From the NCBI RefSeq assembly GCF_032059615.1, contig NZ_DAMCAM010000003.1, positions 12,749 to 76,748 of the forward strand: a stretch of 64,000 nucleotides of DNA, written 5' to 3'. Every line of letters starts with the position of its first letter. The first letter of the stretch is position 1. This DNA is from Melaminivora sp. GTDB taxonomy: Bacteria; Pseudomonadota; Gammaproteobacteria; Burkholderiales; Burkholderiaceae_C. Position numbers and translations under genes: made by a program. Positions 42,109 to 51,284 of the stretch are shown here, piece after piece. The notes below the pieces were generated by a model. The model had not been told where the DNA came from. It did no database searches and worked only from the letters and a program-made list of their open reading frames with translations.

Positions 42109-43896
42109 TCAGGCGGGGCGCGCCTGCAGGCGTGCGTACAGCCCGCCCAGCGCCAGCAGTTCGGCGTGCGTGCCCTGCTCGGCGATGCGGCCGCGCTCCA
42201 TGACGACCACGCGGTCGGCGTGCTCGATGGTGGACAGCCGGTGGGCGATCACCAGCGTGGTGCGCCCGCGCATCAGGCGCTGGAGGGCGTCCTGCACCAG
42301 GCGTTCGGACTCGGTATCGAGCGCCGAGGTGGCTTCGTCCAGGATCAGGATGGGCGCGTCCTTGTAGAGGGCGCGCGCGATCGCCAGGCGCTGGCGCTGG
42401 CCGCCCGACAGCTGCGTGGCGTTGTGCCCGACCCGGGTGTGCATGCCCTGCGGCAGCGCGGCCACGTGTTCGGCCAGGTTGGCCGCCTGCAGGCAGTCCT
42501 GCACGCGCCGCTCGTCGACGGGCGCGCCCAGGGCGACGTTGGCGGCGATGCTGTCGTTGAACATCACCACGTCCTGGCTGACCAGTGCAAACTGCGCGCG
42601 CAGCGAATCCAGGCTCCAGTCCTGCAGCGGCACGCCGTCCAGCCGCACCATGCCGCTGCCGGGCACGAGAAAGCGCGGCAACAGGTTGACCAGCGTGGTC
42701 TTGCCGGCGCCCGAGGGGCCGACCAGCGCCACCACCTCACCTGGCCGGATGGCCAGCGTCACCCCGGCCAGGGCCGGCGCGTGCTCGTCGCTGAACGACA
42801 CCGACACGTCCTGCAGCTCCAGCGCCCCCTGGGCGCGGCCGGCCTGGTGCGTGCCGCTGTCCTCGGGCAGAGACTGGGACAGCAGCAGCAGGCCGCGCTC
42901 GAGCGCCGCCACGCCGCGCGTGATGGGGTTGGCCACGTCCGCCAGGCGCCGGATGGGGGCGATCAGCATCAGCATGGCGGCGATGAAGGAGGCAAAGCCG
43001 CCCACCGTCACCTCATGCGCGCCGCCTGCGCTGCCGTGGCTCTGCCACAAGGCGATGCAGATCACGGCCGAGAGGGCGCCGGCGGCCAGTAGCTGGGTGG
43101 TGGGCGTCATGGCGGCCGAGGCGATGGTCGACTTGATGGCCAGGCGGCGCAGCTCCTGGCTCAGGGCGCCGAAACGGCCGGCCTGCTGCTGCTGGGCGCC
43201 GTGCAGGCGAACCATGCGGTGGGCGAGCACGTTTTCCTCCACCACATAGGCCAGGTCGTCGGTGGCCTGCTGGCTGGTCTTGGTGATCCTGTAGAGGCGC
43301 CGCGACAGGGTCTTCATGATCCAGGCGACGCCCGGCACCATGACGGCGACGATGAGCGTGAGCTGCCAGTTCAGGTAGATCAGGTAGGCGAGCAGCGCAA
43401 TCAGTGTGAAGCCGTCGCGCGACAGGCCCATGAGCGCCTGCACCAGCGCGGTGAAGCCGGTTTGCACCTCATACACCACGGTGTTGGACAGGGTGCTGGC
43501 CGACTGGCGTGAGAACAGCTCCATCTGCGCCACCATCAGCCGATCGAACAGGGCGGTGCGCAGGCGCAGCATGCCTTCGTTGGCGATGCGTGCCAGGGCG
43601 TACTGGCCGGTGAATTGCGCCAGACCCCGCACCAGGAAGGTGCCGATGATGGCCACCGGCACCATCCACAGCTGCAGCGACCCTTCGGTAAAGCCCTGGT
43701 CGAGCAGGGGCTTGAGCAGGGCGGGGATCAGGGGCTCGGTAGCGGCGCCCACCAGAGTGGCCAGCACCGCCAGCGTCCAGGCCAGCCGCTGGTGGCCAAA
43801 GTAGGCGTGCAGGCGCTTCAGACGTGACAGCAGCGGCAATGGCGCGGCGGCGGCGGGCGCGCCGGCGGCCGCGCTGCTGTGGTGTGCTTCTCCCAT
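42109..43896 (-). CDS. msbA: ABC transporter, fused permease/ATPase, lipid A export MsbA-like
   Basis: 595 aa with 6 TM, GPSGAGKTT, LSGGQRQRLAIARA and ILILDEATSALD. Confidence 0.85.
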   Translation of the reverse strand: MGEAHHSSAAAGAPAAAAPLPLLSRLKRLHAYFGHQRLAWTLAVLATLVGAATEPLIPALLKPLLDQGFTEGSLQLWMVPVAIIGTFLVRGLAQFTGQYALARIANEGMLRLRTALFDRLMVAQMELFSRQSASTLSNTVVYEVQTGFTALVQALMGLSRDGFTLIALLAYLIYLNWQLTLIVAVMVPGVAWIMKTLSRRLYRITKTSQQATDDLAYVVEENVLAHRMVRLHGAQQQQAGRFGALSQELRRLAIKSTIASAAMTPTTQLLAAGALSAVICIALWQSHGSAGGAHEVTVGGFASFIAAMLMLIAPIRRLADVANPITRGVAALERGLLLLSQSLPEDSGTHQAGRAQGALELQDVSVSFSDEHAPALAGVTLAIRPGEVVALVGPSGAGKTTLVNLLPRFLVPGSGMVRLDGVPLQDWSLDSLRAQFALVSQDVVMFNDSIAANVALGAPVDERRVQDCLQAANLAEHVAALPQGMHTRVGHNATQLSGGQRQRLAIARALYKDAPILILDEATSALDTESERLVQDALQRLMRGRTTLVIAHRLSTIEHADRVVVMERGRIAEQGTHAELLALGGLYARLQARPA

Positions 43897-44069
43897 GGGG
43901 TGCGAATTCTACGGTTCGCCCCCAATCCCCGCCGGCACAGTTTGTCACGTCGCCCCGCGTTCGATGTGTAACATTGCAGCCCTTTGCTGTCCGGCATTCG
44001 ACGGCGCCTGCTTGCTTGCCAATGACCACTGAAGACCGCTTCCTCCCCCATTCCTTCCTTCCTGCCCGC

Positions 44070-45356
44070 ATGGGCGAACCGGGCCGCTGGTCGCGCCGCG
44101 CGGCCACGCTGGCGCTCGCCGGTGGCTGCGCCGTGCCGGCCCTGGCGCAGTTCCGCGTGGAGATCGCGGGCGTCGGACTGACGCAGCTGCCCGTGGCGAT
44201 CGCGCCATTCCGGGGCGAGGCCCAGTCGCCGCAGAAGATCTCGGCCATCGTCCAGGCAGACCTGGAGCGCAGCGGCCGATTCACCGGCGTGGACGCCTCG
44301 GGCGTCATGCTCGACGAGCTGTCGCGCCCCGACCTGAGCCTGTGGCGCCAGCGCAGTGCCGACGCCCTGGCCTCGGGCAGCGTCACGCGCCTGGCCGACG
44401 GGCGCTTCGACGTGCGCTTTCGCCTGTGGGACGTGGTGCGCGCGCAGGACCTGGGCGGCCAGAGCTTCGTCGTCACCCAGGCGGACCTGCGCCTGGTCGC
44501 GCACCGCATCGCCGATTTCATCTACGAAAAGCTGACCGGCGAGCGCGGCATCTTCTCCACGCGCCTGGCCTACGTCACCAAGGTCGGCGCGCGCTACAGC
44601 CTGTGGATCGCCGACGCTGACGGCGAGAACGCACAGTCGGCCCTGTCCAGTCCCGAGCCCATCATCTCGCCGGCCTGGTCGCCCAACGGCTCGCAGGTCG
44701 CCTACGTGTCGTTCGAGTCGCGCAAGCCCGTGGTCTATGTCCACGACGTGGCCTCGGGGCGGCGCCGGCTGATCGCCAACTTCCGCGGCTCCAACAGCGC
44801 GCCGGCCTGGTCCCCCGACGGCCGCCAGCTGGCCGTCACGCTCAGCCGCGACGGCGGCTCGCAGCTCTACACCATCGACGCCCATGGAGGCGAGCCGCGC
44901 CGGCTGATGCAGAGCGTGGGCATCGACACCGAGCCGGCGTATTCCAGCGACGGGCGCAGCATCTATTTCGTGAGCGACCGCGGCGGCTCGCCCCAGGTCT
45001 ATCGCGTGGCCAGCAGCGGCGGCCCGGCCGAGCGCGTGACCTTCCAGGGGTCCTACAACATCTCGCCGGCCATCAGCCCGGACGGTCAGTGGTTGGCCTA
45101 CATCTCGCGCGTCGGGGGTGGCTACAAACTGCACGTCATGGATCTCAAGGCCGGCACGGTGGCAGCCATCACCGACACGGTGGCGGATGAAAGCCCGAGC
45201 TTTGCCCCCAACAGCCGCCTGATCGTGTATGCGACCCAGCAGCAGGGGCGCGACGCTCTCATGACCACCACGCTGGACGGCAAGATCAAGGCCCGGCTGG
45301 CGGGGCAGGGCGGTGACATCCGCGAGCCCGACTGGGGCCCGTACCAGAAGCAATAA
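44070..45356 (+). CDS. tolB: Tol-Pal system beta-propeller protein TolB
   Basis: MGEPGRWSRRAATLALAGGCAVPALAQ signal peptide, then the TolB pattern (FRVEIAGVG...PAWSPNGSQVAYVSFE...PAWSPDG...PDWGPY). An alternative upstream ATG lies at 44022. Confidence 0.9.
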   Translation: MGEPGRWSRRAATLALAGGCAVPALAQFRVEIAGVGLTQLPVAIAPFRGEAQSPQKISAIVQADLERSGRFTGVDASGVMLDELSRPDLSLWRQRSADALASGSVTRLADGRFDVRFRLWDVVRAQDLGGQSFVVTQADLRLVAHRIADFIYEKLTGERGIFSTRLAYVTKVGARYSLWIADADGENAQSALSSPEPIISPAWSPNGSQVAYVSFESRKPVVYVHDVASGRRRLIANFRGSNSAPAWSPDGRQLAVTLSRDGGSQLYTIDAHGGEPRRLMQSVGIDTEPAYSSDGRSIYFVSDRGGSPQVYRVASSGGPAERVTFQGSYNISPAISPDGQWLAYISRVGGGYKLHVMDLKAGTVAAITDTVADESPSFAPNSRLIVYATQQQGRDALMTTTLDGKIKARLAGQGGDIREPDWGPYQKQ

Positions 45357-45400
45357 CAACGTTTCCCTTCCAACTACAACAGCTCTTCAGGAGAGACCTC

Positions 45401-45949
45401 ATGACTGCCTTTTCCCTCAAGCGCGTGTCCGCCGCTTTTGCCATCGCCGCGCTTCTGGCCGGCTGCAGCTCGGGCGTCAAGCTCGATGACGCCCCCGTCG
45501 AGGACCGGGGCGCCACGCCTGTCGCACCCGGTCCGGGCGCCAACTCCGGCGCCGCCGGCCAGAGCGGCGTGGCACCGGTGGACCTGACGCAGTCCGGACG
45601 CGAGGGCGAGGGCCCGGTGGGCGTGGCCCGCATCGTTTATTTCGATTTCGACAGCTATTCGGTCAAGCCGGAGTTCCAGTCCCTGCTGGAGTCGCACGCC
45701 CGCTACATCAAGAGCGTGCCCGCGCGTCGCGTGGTGATCGAAGGCCACACCGACGACCGCGGCGGCCGCGAATACAACCTGGCGCTGGGCCAGAAGCGCG
45801 CCGAGGCCGTGCGCCGTTCGCTGGGCCTGCTGGGCGTGGCGGACTCGCAGGTCGAGGCGGTGAGCTTCGGCAAGGAAAAGCCGGCAGCCTTTGGTGATAG
45901 CGAAGACTCCCGCGCACAGAACCGTCGCGCCGAGCTGTCGTACCGTTGA
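45401..45949 (+). CDS. pal: Peptidoglycan-associated lipoprotein Pal
   Basis: Lipobox LLAGC and OmpA-like domain (YFDFDSYSV...IEGHTDDRGGREYNLALGQKRA...NRRAEL). Confidence 0.95.
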   Translation: MTAFSLKRVSAAFAIAALLAGCSSGVKLDDAPVEDRGATPVAPGPGANSGAAGQSGVAPVDLTQSGREGEGPVGVARIVYFDFDSYSVKPEFQSLLESHARYIKSVPARRVVIEGHTDDRGGREYNLALGQKRAEAVRRSLGLLGVADSQVEAVSFGKEKPAAFGDSEDSRAQNRRAELSYR

Positions 45950-46743
45950 TGACCGCGCCCTTCCTCCCCAGCACCTTCCAGGGCCGCCCCGCGGCCCTGG
46001 CTGCATTGTTCGCCGCGGCGCTGTCGTGGTCCGCGCCCAGCCACGCTCTTTTCGAGGACGGAGAAGCACGGCGTGCCATCCTGGAGCTGCGCCAGCGGGT
46101 CGATGGCCTGCAGCAGTCCAGCCAGCGGGTGGGTGAGCGCTCCAACGACGAGTTGTCGCAGCTGCGCCGCAGCTTGCTGGACCTGCAGACCCAGATCGAG
46201 GCTCTGCGCACCGAGCAGGCCCTGCTGCGCGGCCAGAACGAACAGCTACTGCGCGACGTCGCCGAATTGCAGCGCCGGCAAAAGGACATGGCGCAGGGCG
46301 TCGATGAGCGCCTGCGCCAGTTCGAGCCGGCCACGGTCAGCCTGGACGGGCGCGAATTCCGCGCCGACCCCGCTGAGAAACGCGATTACGAGGCAGCCCT
46401 GGCAGCCTTTCGGAGTGGCAAGTTCGCCGAGGCCGGAACGGCCTTCAGCGCCTTCCTGCGGCAGTACCCGCAGTCCGGCTACGTGCCCTCAGTGCGCTTC
46501 TGGCTGGGCAACGCGCAGTACGCGACGCGCGATTACAACCAGGCCATCGCCAACTTCAAGGCCCTGCTGGCCGCCGCGCCCGACCATGCGCGCGCGCCCG
46601 AGGCGGCGTTGTCGATCGCCAATTGCCAGATCGAGCTGAAGGACACCAAGTCTGCGCGCAAGACCCTGGAAGACTTGGTTCGCACTTATCCGCAGTCGGA
46701 GGCCGCAGCCGCGGCCAAGGAACGGCTGGCGCGGCTGAAGTGA
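45949..46743 (+). CDS. cpoB: Tol-Pal system protein CpoB (YbgF)
   Basis: Signal peptide, coiled-coil segment (LELRQRVDGLQQ...LQTQIEALRTEQALLRGQNEQL), and TPR-like C-terminus (YEAALAAFRSGKFAEA...). The ATG overlaps the pal stop (TGATG). A TTG at 45946 is also possible. Confidence 0.85.
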   Translation: MTAPFLPSTFQGRPAALAALFAAALSWSAPSHALFEDGEARRAILELRQRVDGLQQSSQRVGERSNDELSQLRRSLLDLQTQIEALRTEQALLRGQNEQLLRDVAELQRRQKDMAQGVDERLRQFEPATVSLDGREFRADPAEKRDYEAALAAFRSGKFAEAGTAFSAFLRQYPQSGYVPSVRFWLGNAQYATRDYNQAIANFKALLAAAPDHARAPEAALSIANCQIELKDTKSARKTLEDLVRTYPQSEAAAAAKERLARLK

Positions 46744-46751
46744 CGGCCGGG

Positions 46752-47534
46752 ATGCCGCAGGACGGCGACGACATCGACACCGAGCGCCGCTTCGGCGGCC
46801 TGGCACGGCTGTACGGCGTTCCAGGCGCCGCCGCCATTCGTGCAGCCCACGTGGCCGTGGTTGGGGTGGGCGGCGTCGGCTCCTGGGCGGCCGAGGCGCT
46901 GGCACGCAGCGGCGTGGGGCGGCTGACCCTGATCGACCTCGACCACGTGGCCGAATCGAACGTCAACCGGCAGATCCATGCCCTTACCGACACCCTGGGC
47001 CAGGCCAAGGTGCAAGCCATGGCCGAGCGCATCGCGCAGATTCACCCGGCGTGCCGGGTGGACTGCGTGGAAGACTTCGTCCAGCCGGACAACTGGCCCG
47101 CCTTGTTGCCCGCCCCCGTGGACGCCGTCATCGACGCCTGCGACCAGGTGCGCGCCAAGACCGCCCTGGCCGCCTGGGCGCTGCGCGCGCGGCGCCCGTG
47201 GTTCATCACGGTGGGCGCGGCGGGTGGCAAGCGGCTGGCGCACCAGGTGGACGTGGACGACCTGGCGCACACCACGCATGACCCCCTGCTGGCCCAGCTG
47301 CGCTACCGCCTGCGCCGCGAGCATGGCGCACCGCGCGATGGCGCGCGCATCGGCGTGGCCTGCGTGTTCAGCCGCGAATCGGTCGCCCGTCCGCACGCCT
47401 CCTGCGAGGTGGCGGCGGGGGACGGCACGCTGAACTGCCACGGCTATGGCTCGACGGTGGCGGTGACCGCCGGCTTTGGCATGTGCGCTGCAGGCTGGGT
47501 CCTGGAAAAGCTCGCCACTGCCGGGAAGGGCTGA
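46752..47534 (+). CDS. tcdA: tRNA threonylcarbamoyladenosine dehydratase (ThiF/E1-like)
   Basis: RFGGLARLYG...VAVVGVGGVGSWAAEALARSGVGRLTLIDLDHVAESNVNRQ. Confidence 0.85.
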   Translation: MPQDGDDIDTERRFGGLARLYGVPGAAAIRAAHVAVVGVGGVGSWAAEALARSGVGRLTLIDLDHVAESNVNRQIHALTDTLGQAKVQAMAERIAQIHPACRVDCVEDFVQPDNWPALLPAPVDAVIDACDQVRAKTALAAWALRARRPWFITVGAAGGKRLAHQVDVDDLAHTTHDPLLAQLRYRLRREHGAPRDGARIGVACVFSRESVARPHASCEVAAGDGTLNCHGYGSTVAVTAGFGMCAAGWVLEKLATAGKG

Positions 47535-47543
47535 AACCCAGGT

Positions 47544-47549
47544 TATAAT
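47544..47549 (+). promoter_or_regulatory. Candidate -10 box (TATAAT) for tRNA-Lys
   Basis: Perfect TATAAT 40 nt upstream of the mature tRNA 5' end. I see no convincing -35. Confidence 0.3.
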
Positions 47550-47589
47550 TCGAGGCTTCGCTTACAAGCGAGACCGGTTTCCCGCACAG

Positions 47590-47665
47590 GGGTCGTTAGC
47601 TCAGCCGGTAGAGCAGCGGACTTTTAATCCGTTGGTCGCAGGTTCGAATCCTGCACGACCCACCA
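47590..47665 (+). tRNA. tRNA-Lys (anticodon UUU)
   Basis: Folded by hand. Acceptor GGGTCGT/ACGACCC, D stem GCTC/GAGC, anticodon stem GCGGA/TCCGT with loop CTTTTAA, T arm GCAGG-TTCGAAT-CCTGC, and an encoded CCA. 76 nt. Confidence 0.95.
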
Positions 47666-47678
47666 AGACCATGAAAAA

Positions 47679-47706
47679 GGCCAGCTCCCGGGAGCTGGCC
47701 TTTTTT
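47679..47706. terminator. Bidirectional rho-independent terminator (tRNA-Lys / NlpC-P60 gene)
   Basis: GGCCAGCTCCCGGGAGCTGGCC is a perfect palindrome flanked by AAAAA and TTTTTT. Confidence 0.85.
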
Positions 47707-47743
47707 GCTTCCGGCGCCGAAGCGGCCGCGCAGGCTGCCTTTT

Positions 47744-48319
47744 TCAGCGGCGCGCGCTCTGCAGGTGCTCGGCGGCCAGTTCTGCAGCGTCGTCTTCCAG
47801 CACGCGTCGTGCTCCATTGAAACGGCGCTGCCAGTAGGAAACCTGCATGTCCTCGACGCGCACCTGGGCGCCCGAGCGCGGGGCGTGGATGAATTTGCCG
47901 TCCCCCAGGTAGATGCCCACGTGGCTGAAGGCGCGACGCATGGTGTTGAAGAACACCAGATCGCCGGGTTTCAAATCCTTCTTGTCGATGACTTCCGTGG
48001 CGGCGGCCTGTTCATTGGCGCGGCGCGGCAGGACCAGGCCCTTGGCCTGCTCGAAAGCGGCGCGCACGAAGCCGCTGCAGTCAAAGCCACTCTCCGCCTG
48101 GTTGCCGCCACGGCGATAGGGCACGCCGATGAAGCTGGTGGCGGTGGCGATCAGCTCGGCGGTGCGATCCGTCACCTGATGGCCGACACCCTGCAGCTGG
48201 GCCGTGAAAGAGGAGGAAGGGGGAGTGGCGCGCTCGGCAAGAAAGCGGTCCAGATCGTCGGCGGGTGCAGCGTAAGCATTTGCACAGGCCAGTAACAACA
48301 AGCACATCCAGCGAGACAT
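47744..48319 (-). CDS. NlpC/P60 (C40) family peptidoglycan endopeptidase lipoprotein
   Basis: MSRWMCLLLLACANAYA (lipobox LLAC), GVPYRRGG, the catalytic DCSGF, and HVGIYLGDGKFIHAP. Confidence 0.85.
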   Translation of the reverse strand: MSRWMCLLLLACANAYAAPADDLDRFLAERATPPSSSFTAQLQGVGHQVTDRTAELIATATSFIGVPYRRGGNQAESGFDCSGFVRAAFEQAKGLVLPRRANEQAAATEVIDKKDLKPGDLVFFNTMRRAFSHVGIYLGDGKFIHAPRSGAQVRVEDMQVSYWQRRFNGARRVLEDDAAELAAEHLQSARR

Positions 48320-48376
48320 GGGGCGCGAGGGTATCACGGCTGATTGTTGCTGTGCTGTCGCAAACGTTGCAGGGCG

Positions 48377-48390
48377 TTGACCAGCGTCAA
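48377..48390. promoter_or_regulatory. TTGAC-N4-GTCAA dyad (fits TTGA-N6-TCAA, the FNR/FixK/Anr-type box)
   Basis: Read directly: ttgaccagcgtcaa, centred about 64 nt upstream of the NlpC/P60 start and about 153 nt upstream of the isochorismatase-family start. Confidence 0.35.
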
Positions 48391-48536
48391 TTTCTGCGTG
48401 TCAGGCTGCAGGCAAGCGCCCGGGCTGGCAGGGCGCGGGACGGAAGCCGCGCCCCTGTGCGCCCGCGAGCGCGCGGCTGCAGGCGACAATGGTGCTCACC
48501 CCCTTTTCCTGAACGTACGGACTTCCCCTAACCGCC

Positions 48537-49148
48537 ATGCTGCTTGACGCCTCTGAATCCCAACTGGTGCTCGTGGACTACCAGGAGCGCCTGATGCCCG
48601 CCATCCACGACGGCGCGGCCGCCCTGGCCAATGCGCGGCGCTTGGCCCAGATCGCCAGGATGCTCCAGGTGCCGGTCTTCGGCACCGAGCAGAACCCGCA
48701 GCGCCTCGGCCCCAACGACGCGCAGCTGCGCGCCCTGTGCCAGCGCACCCTCGCCAAGATGCATTTCAGCGCCGTGCCCGACGGCCTGGTCGAGTGGCTG
48801 CGCCCGCCTGCACGGCCGCAGGGCGGCAATGCCCGCAGCCTGCCGCGCCACCTGCAGAAGCAGCGCGAGCAGCAGGCCTCGGGCGACGGGCGCGAGTCCA
48901 TCGTGATCGCCGGCTGCGAGGCGCATGTCTGCCTGCTGCAGACTGCGCTGGAGCTGCTGGACGACGAGTTCGAGGTCTGGGTCGTGACCGATGCCTGCAG
49001 CTCGCGCACCGAGCGCAGCCGCGATGCGGCCTTCGACCGTCTGGCGGGTGCGGGCGCCGAGCTGGTCACCACCGAAATGGTGGCCTTCGAGTGGCTGCGC
49101 AGCTGCGAGCACCCAGCCTTCAAGGACATGCTGGCGCTGATCAAGTAA
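48537..49148 (+). CDS. Isochorismatase-family hydrolase
   Basis: 203 aa with QLVLVDYQERL, VIAGCEAHVCLLQTALEL and VVTDACSSR (catalytic Cys region). Confidence 0.8.
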   Translation: MLLDASESQLVLVDYQERLMPAIHDGAAALANARRLAQIARMLQVPVFGTEQNPQRLGPNDAQLRALCQRTLAKMHFSAVPDGLVEWLRPPARPQGGNARSLPRHLQKQREQQASGDGRESIVIAGCEAHVCLLQTALELLDDEFEVWVVTDACSSRTERSRDAAFDRLAGAGAELVTTEMVAFEWLRSCEHPAFKDMLALIK

Positions 49149-49279
49149 CGGCATGGAAGGGCACGCGGCCGCAGGCAGGGCCGCGCGTCAGCTTGCCGCA
49201 AGCGCGCCGTGAATAATTATGAATTTTGAATGATCACCCGGCTGCGCCCGCAGCCCGCCTACCGGAGGAGACGCCCACC

Positions 49280-51184
49280 ATGGTCGAAGCACATGCCAGT
49301 TTTGCCGAGTTCCACCGCCGCTCCGTCGAGGAGCGCGACGCCTTCTGGGCCGAGCAGGCGAAGTTCATCGACTGGCACACGCCGCCGCAGCAGATCTGCG
49401 ACTACAGCAACCCGCCGTTTGCCCGCTGGTTCGTGGGCGGCACGACCAACTTGTGCCACAACGCGGTGGACCGACATCTGGCGCAGCGCGCCGACCAGCC
49501 GGCCCTGATCGCCATCTCCTCTGAAACCGGCACCGAGCGCACCTACAGCTACGGCGAACTGCACCGCGAGGTGCAGCGCATGGCGGCCGCGCTGCAGTCG
49601 CTGGGCGTGGGCAAGGGCGACCGGGTCCTGATCTACATGCCCATGATCGCCGAGGCAGCGTTTGCCATGCTGGCCTGCGTGCGCATCGGTGCGCTGCACT
49701 CGGTGGTGTTCGGCGGCTTCGCCTCCTCGTCCCTGGCCACGCGCATCGAGGACGCCCAGCCCACCGTGGTCGTCAGCGCCGATGCGGGCTCGCGCGGCGG
49801 CAAGGTCGTGCCCTACAAGCCCCTGCTGGACGAGGCCCTGGAGCTGTCGGCGCACAAGCCCGCGGCCGTGGTGCTGGTCGATCGCGGCCTGGCGCCGGCG
49901 GCGCTGCGTGCCGGCCGCGACCACGACTGGGCGGTGCTGCGCAGCCGGCATGAGGCCGCCGAGGTGCCCTGCGTGTGGGTGGAGTCCACGCACCCGAGCT
50001 ACACCCTCTACACCAGCGGCACCACCGGCAAGCCCAAGGGCGTGCAGCGCGACACCGGCGGCTACGCCGTGGTGCTGGCCTCGAGCATGAGCCACATCTT
50101 CATGGGCCAGCCCGGCGACACGTATTTTTGCACCAGCGACATCGGCTGGGTGGTCGGCCACAGCTACATCATCTACGCGCCGCTGCTGGCCGGCATGGCC
50201 ACGGTGATGTATGAGGGCCTGCCCATCCGGCCCGACGCGGGCATCTGGTGGAGCATCGTGGAGAAGTACCGGGTCACCCACATGTTCTCCGCACCCACGG
50301 CCATCCGGGTGCTCAAGAAGCAGGACCCGGAGTACCTGCGCAAGTACGACATCTCCAGCCTCAAGGCGCTGTGGCTGGCCGGCGAGCCGCTGGACGAACC
50401 CACGGCGCAGTGGATCAGCGAGGCGCTGGGCGTGCCCATCATCGACAACTACTGGCAGACCGAGACGGGCTGGCCCATCCTGACGCTGTGCAACGGCGTC
50501 GAGCCGCAGCCCTCGCGCTTCGGCAGCCCGGGCAAGGCGGTCTATGGCTACGACGTCAAGCTCATCGACGAGGGCACGGGCGAGGAGCTCACCGAGCCCC
50601 ACCAGAAGGGTGTGGTGGCCATCGAGGGGCCGCTGCCTCCGGGCTGCCTGCAGACCGTGTGGCGCGATGACGAGCGCTTTGTCAACACCTACTGGAAGAG
50701 CATCCCCGGCCGGCTGATTTACAGCACCTTCGACTGGGGCATCCGCGACGCCGACGGTTACTACTTCATCCTCGGGCGTACCGACGACGTCATCAACGTG
50801 GCCGGGCATCGCCTGGGCACACGCGAGATCGAGGAGTGCATCGCCGGCGACCCGCGCATCGCCGAGGTGGCGGTGGTCGGGGTGGCCGACACGCTCAAGG
50901 GGCAGGTGGCGATGGCGTTCGCCGTGCCGCGCGACGCCGCCAGCGCCGCGGACGACGCCTCGCGCCAGCAGCTGGAGTCCGACATCATGAAGCGCGTGGA
51001 CGCGCAGCTGGGCGCCGTGGCGCGGCCGTCGCGCGTGTTCTTCGTGGGCCTGCTGCCCAAGACGCGCAGCGGCAAGCTGCTGCGCCGCGCCCTGCAGGCG
51101 GTGGCCGAGCGGCGCGACCCGGGCGACCTGACCACCATGGAAGACCCGGCCGTGCTGCAGCAGATCAAGAGCCTGGTGGGCTGA
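49280..51184 (+). CDS. prpE: Propionate--CoA ligase / short-chain acyl-CoA synthetase (AMP-forming)
   Basis: MVEAHASFAEFHRRSVEERDAFWAEQAK..., YTSGTTGKPKG, DNYWQTETG, and the C-terminal PKTRSGKLLRR. GGAGGAG lies upstream of the ATG at 49280. Assignment as PrpE rather than Acs is by sequence feel. Confidence 0.8.
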   Translation: MVEAHASFAEFHRRSVEERDAFWAEQAKFIDWHTPPQQICDYSNPPFARWFVGGTTNLCHNAVDRHLAQRADQPALIAISSETGTERTYSYGELHREVQRMAAALQSLGVGKGDRVLIYMPMIAEAAFAMLACVRIGALHSVVFGGFASSSLATRIEDAQPTVVVSADAGSRGGKVVPYKPLLDEALELSAHKPAAVVLVDRGLAPAALRAGRDHDWAVLRSRHEAAEVPCVWVESTHPSYTLYTSGTTGKPKGVQRDTGGYAVVLASSMSHIFMGQPGDTYFCTSDIGWVVGHSYIIYAPLLAGMATVMYEGLPIRPDAGIWWSIVEKYRVTHMFSAPTAIRVLKKQDPEYLRKYDISSLKALWLAGEPLDEPTAQWISEALGVPIIDNYWQTETGWPILTLCNGVEPQPSRFGSPGKAVYGYDVKLIDEGTGEELTEPHQKGVVAIEGPLPPGCLQTVWRDDERFVNTYWKSIPGRLIYSTFDWGIRDADGYYFILGRTDDVINVAGHRLGTREIEECIAGDPRIAEVAVVGVADTLKGQVAMAFAVPRDAASAADDASRQQLESDIMKRVDAQLGAVARPSRVFFVGLLPKTRSGKLLRRALQAVAERRDPGDLTTMEDPAVLQQIKSLVG

Positions 51185-51205
51185 AACCGGGGCGGGACCT
51201 GCTAC

Positions 51206-51255
51206 TGTTTGGATAGCTGCATGCCGGCTCCTGGAAACGGCATGCGGCGATTTTC
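51206..51255 (+). repeat. Structured ~50-bp repeat element, copy g (diverged)
   Basis: TGTTTGGATAGC-TGCAT-GCCGGCT-CCTGG-AAACGGC-ATGCGGC-GATTTTC, with the same block lengths as the family. Its own 8-bp stem is GCATGCCG/CGGCATGC. Lies between convergent prpE and the GGDEF-EAL gene. Confidence 0.4.
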
Positions 51256-51284
51256 ATGCAAATTTCGGGGTGGGCCGCCGTGCC

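Noticed and set aside
47590-49200. tRNA-Lys as an integration site for a genomic island
   Set aside because: No integrase, no visible direct repeat of the tRNA 3' end, and no compositional shift downstream. The neighbouring genes look like ordinary chromosomal genes.
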